A DNA stretch of 64,000 nucleotides from Planctomycetota bacterium (GTDB taxonomy: Bacteria; Planctomycetota; UBA1135; UBA2386): NCBI GenBank assembly GCA_965223545.1, contig OZ245006.1, positions 1,344,001 through 1,408,000 of the forward strand. The letters are read 5' to 3'. Position numbers and translations under genes: made by a program. Each line of letters opens with the position of its first letter. Position 1 is the stretch's first letter. Positions 60,823 through 64,000 of the stretch are shown in pieces. The notes beneath the pieces are model-generated. The model did no database searches. It was given only the letters and a program-made list of their open reading frames with translations, and had not been told where the DNA came from.

Positions 60823-60919
60823 GTGAACGTACGGAGCCAGGCTCCCGTTCATCACCTCGCGGTCCGGCCGTCGGCCGGACCGCGAGGTGATGAACGGGAG
60901 CCTGGCTCCGTACGTTCAC
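60823..60919. repeat. Perfect 48-bp inverted repeat with 1-nt spacer (REPIN-like)
   Basis: 60823-60870 is the exact reverse complement of 60872-60919; lies between convergent stop codons. Confidence 0.95.
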
Positions 60920-60926
60920 CGTTCCT

Positions 60927-61475
60927 TCAATCGTCGTTGGCGTCTGAGTTGGCGGCCAGCTTGCGGTAGAGCCACGCGCGCGCGAAGGCCCACTCGCGGC
61001 GCACGGTCCGCTCCGAAAGGTCCATGGCCTTGGCGACCTCGGTCTCCTCCAAGCCGGCGAGAAAGCGCAGCCGCACGACCTCCGCCGCGCGCGGACTCAC
61101 CACCGCGAGCCCGCGGATGGCCTCGTCGATCGCCAGCACCTGATCGAGATTGGCAGTGCTGGCGACGTCGACCACGTCGAGGGAAAGCCGCGACAGGTCG
61201 CCGCCCCGCTTCTTGGCATTCTGCTTGCGCGCGTGGTCGATGAGGATCCGGCGCATCGACTCGGCGGCGGCGAGGTAGAACCGGCGCGGGCTCTCCCGCG
61301 CTTCGGTGACCTGGTCGCGCAGCGCGATCCACGCCTCGTTGACCAGGGCGGTCGCCTGCAGGGTGTGGCCCTTGCGTTCGGCGGCCATCTGCCGGTCGGC
61401 GATGCGCCGCAGCTGGGCGTGCACGCTGGCCACCAAGTCGACGCTGGGTTGATCGGTCGGTTGTCGGTCGCTCAT
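60927..61475 (-). CDS. ECF-type sigma factor (planctomycete type)
   Basis: HTLQATALVNEAW, MRRILIDHAR...AKKRGG, RTVRREW.FARAWL. Confidence 0.92.
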   Translation of the reverse strand: MSDRQPTDQPSVDLVASVHAQLRRIADRQMAAERKGHTLQATALVNEAWIALRDQVTEARESPRRFYLAAAESMRRILIDHARKQNAKKRGGDLSRLSLDVVDVASTANLDQVLAIDEAIRGLAVVSPRAAEVVRLRFLAGLEETEVAKAMDLSERTVRREWAFARAWLYRKLAANSDANDD

Positions 61476-61652
61476 CGTGCCGCTGCGCATCGGTGGGTTT
61501 CGCCTCCGCCGACCAATTCGCCGGCTTTGGACAAGAGCGCGAGCAACGCGCCGCCACCGGCCATGATTCTCGCCAAAACCACCGGCTCCGCACGCCCCGA
61601 CTGTCTACATTTGCGGCGCAACGCGAATGCAGCCCGACGCCCGGCAAGCCCT

Positions 61653-63722
61653 CTACCCGCCGCGCAACACGCGCTGCAATGCCTCGATCGCCGGCATGAG
61701 ATCCTGCCGATCCTCGAGCAACGGACGAAAGAGATCGCCGTGTTGCGCGACGCGGTCTGGCACCGTCAACAGAGTCCAGTCCGACAGTGCGAGATCGGAC
61801 GACAGCTCGTCCCAGTGCAGAGGGGTCGACACGGTCCCACCCCGCACCGGCCGCACGGTGTACGGCGGCACGATGGTCTGGCCGCGGCGGTTCTGCATGA
61901 AGTCGAGGTACACCCGACGCCCCCGGGCAGCCATGCTGCGCTCGACCGTGGCGATGTCCTTGTGCTCGGACGCGACCACCCGACAGACGCCCTCACAGAA
62001 CATGCGCGCCTGGTCATAGCTGTAGCCATCGACCAGCGGCACGTACACGTGCAACCCGGTACTGCCCGACGTCTTGACCAACGGCCGCAGCCCGATCCCG
62101 CGCAGCAGCTTGCCCGTCTCGCGCGCCAGCTTGACGACGTCCTGGAACGGGGCGGCCTTGGGATCGAAGTCGATCACCGCGTAGTCCGGCGACTCCAGCG
62201 CGCTGCGCCGCGACATCCACGGGTGCAGGTCGATGCTGCCGAGATTGATCAGGTACAGCAGCGTATCGCGGTCGTTGCAGACCATGTGCCGCACTGGTTC
62301 CTCCTTGTGGCGGCGCTGGATCCACTCGGTGGCGACCCAATCCGGACAGCCGTCGGGGGCGTTCTGCTGGTAGAAGTTCTTGCCCTCGATGCCGTCGGGC
62401 CAGCGATAGAGGTGGATGGGCCGCTCGTGCAGGTACGGCAGCACGACGTCGGCAACCTCCTCGTAGTACGCCAAGAGATCGCCCTTGGTGTAGCCCTCGG
62501 CGGGCCAGTAGACCTTGTCGAGGTTGGACAGCTCGACCCGCGCCGGCCGTCGCCGTGCCCCGGCGGTCTGCCGCCGCAGGGCCTGCTGCACGTCCTCGGC
62601 GGGCGCCGCGCTCGCGCTGGACAGGTCGAACCTACGCCAGTCTTGCGACGATCCGCCGCTGTACGCGCTACCGCTGCGCTTGGCGACGACGCCGGGCAAG
62701 CCCGCCGCTTTGACCGATTGCGCCAGCTCGACGCCGCGGCCGGTGACGTGGTCTACGTACAACAGGCTCTTCTGTCGCCCACCGAGGACGGCGACCAGCG
62801 CGGCCTTGCGATCCAACAGCGGCAGCGGTCGCAGATCCCAGCGATCGTAGTGCAGCAGGTCGAACGCGTAGAACGCAACGGTCGCCTCTGCGCCGCCCGC
62901 CAACACGCGCTCGAGCAACGCGCCATCGGGACGCCCGGTCGCGTCCATCGCCACCAGCACGCCATCGATGTACGCATCATCGGCGCGCACCTTGCCGAGC
63001 TCGTCGACCAGCGACGCGGCCGCCTCGGCGACCCCCCTACCCGCGGCGCCGGCAAACCCGACCTGACCGTCTCGTACGCGGGCCATCAGGCGGCGACCGG
63101 CAAACAGCATCTCGAACACCCAACCCGGGTCGGAGAACGGCTCCACCGTCGGCCCGGCGGTCATCGGCCTCGGGGCGCGCGCCGGCATCTCTCGAGTGTG
63201 CGCGGCGTCGAGGTTCATCGACAACGGCAGCACGCCCTCGGCACGAGCGTGGCGGTCGCGCGCCTTGAACAACAGCCAATTCTCCTTGGTGCGCACGCAG
63301 TGCCACTCGCCGCGCAGCCGCTTGCCGTAGCAGACGATCTCGAACTTGCCGGTCTCCACCTGTGCCGCCCAATCACCTTCGGTCAGCATCCGGTAGTGAC
63401 CGTGATCCCAGATGGTCATCGTCCCCGCGCCGTACTCGCCCTTGGGGATCATGCCCTCGAAGGTCTCGTACTCGATCGGGTGATCCTCGGTGCGCACCGC
63501 GAGGTGCTTGTCCGCGGGGTCGTAGGAGAAGCCCTTCGGCACCGCCCACGACTTCAGCACGCCATCCATCTCCAACCGTAGGTCGTAGTGCAGCCGGCGC
63601 GCCTCGTGCCGGTGGATGACGAACACGGCCTCGCCGGGGCGCGGCCGCGCCGGGGCGGGCGCCGGCTCCGGAGTTCGGCCGAAGTCGCGCTTGGCTGCGT
63701 ACTCGTCGAGGCCTCCGGACAT
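61653..63722 (-). CDS. ligD: LigD-like protein: 3'-phosphoesterase + inactive ligase remnant + primase-polymerase
   Basis: PE: HEARRLHYDLRLE, SWAVPKG, EDHP.EY; POL: IDFDP, KTSGSTGLH, LDFMQN; ligase motifs degenerate. Confidence 0.93.
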   Translation of the reverse strand: MSGGLDEYAAKRDFGRTPEPAPAPARPRPGEAVFVIHRHEARRLHYDLRLEMDGVLKSWAVPKGFSYDPADKHLAVRTEDHPIEYETFEGMIPKGEYGAGTMTIWDHGHYRMLTEGDWAAQVETGKFEIVCYGKRLRGEWHCVRTKENWLLFKARDRHARAEGVLPLSMNLDAAHTREMPARAPRPMTAGPTVEPFSDPGWVFEMLFAGRRLMARVRDGQVGFAGAAGRGVAEAAASLVDELGKVRADDAYIDGVLVAMDATGRPDGALLERVLAGGAEATVAFYAFDLLHYDRWDLRPLPLLDRKAALVAVLGGRQKSLLYVDHVTGRGVELAQSVKAAGLPGVVAKRSGSAYSGGSSQDWRRFDLSSASAAPAEDVQQALRRQTAGARRRPARVELSNLDKVYWPAEGYTKGDLLAYYEEVADVVLPYLHERPIHLYRWPDGIEGKNFYQQNAPDGCPDWVATEWIQRRHKEEPVRHMVCNDRDTLLYLINLGSIDLHPWMSRRSALESPDYAVIDFDPKAAPFQDVVKLARETGKLLRGIGLRPLVKTSGSTGLHVYVPLVDGYSYDQARMFCEGVCRVVASEHKDIATVERSMAARGRRVYLDFMQNRRGQTIVPPYTVRPVRGGTVSTPLHWDELSSDLALSDWTLLTVPDRVAQHGDLFRPLLEDRQDLMPAIEALQRVLRGG

Positions 63723-63816
63723 CGCATCCACGATAGGCGCGGCAACGGGGGGCAGCGAGCCCGGACATTGTCCCGACTGGCTTCCCGTCGCAACGCCGGC
63801 ACCGTACCAGGTCGTC

Positions 63817-64000
63817 ATGAGACGATCGCCGCCTCCGTACACGCCCACCCTCTTGGTCTCACTGCTGCTCACCGCCATCGGGGCCGCGCAGACCACCACC
63901 CGCCCCGCGCCGGTGACCTCGGTCGCGGGCGGCGCCGCGCAGCCGCCGCAGGGCCCGGTGTGGCGCAGCCCGGGCCTCGACGCGGACCTGCTGCGGATCG
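63817..64000 (+). CDS. Secreted protein, 5' fragment
   Basis: Open frame MRRSPPPYTPTLLVSLLLTAIGAAQ with signal-like segment running off the window. Confidence 0.5.
   Translation, partial: MRRSPPPYTPTLLVSLLLTAIGAAQTTTRPAPVTSVAGGAAQPPQGPVWRSPGLDADLLRI

Overview
High-GC (roughly 70%) bacterial chromosomal segment, probably from a Planctomycetota-like organism. That placement is an inference from the planctomycete-type ECF sigma factor, the DUF1570- and ThuA-like proteins, and many large secreted proteins. Housekeeping and transport content: TRAP transporter, RND efflux pair, sugar ABC transporter, SOD, ispH, bolA/grxD, atuA-like/pta, nadE, tRNA-Lys, rpsB-tsf-pyrH-frr, rsmE. Five features stand out. 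(1) An NHEJ locus whose LigD has a catalytically dead, OB-less ligase domain; it sits with Ku, a stand-alone ATP-dependent ligase and a BRCT-MerR-TPR protein. (2) A IIC-like group II intron with atypical ends, inserted precisely into a 33-bp hairpin upstream of a RAYT/Y1 HUH transposase, with mirror-image strand skew around that site. (3) REP/REPIN-like palindromes and a degenerate ~200-bp tandem repeat. (4) A C-terminal domain shared by several unrelated secreted proteins. (5) Two single-base lesions (an amber codon in a pterin dehydratase, a frameshift in an MscS gene) and a probable CTG start for pta. All family calls come from motif recognition by eye; no database searches were run.
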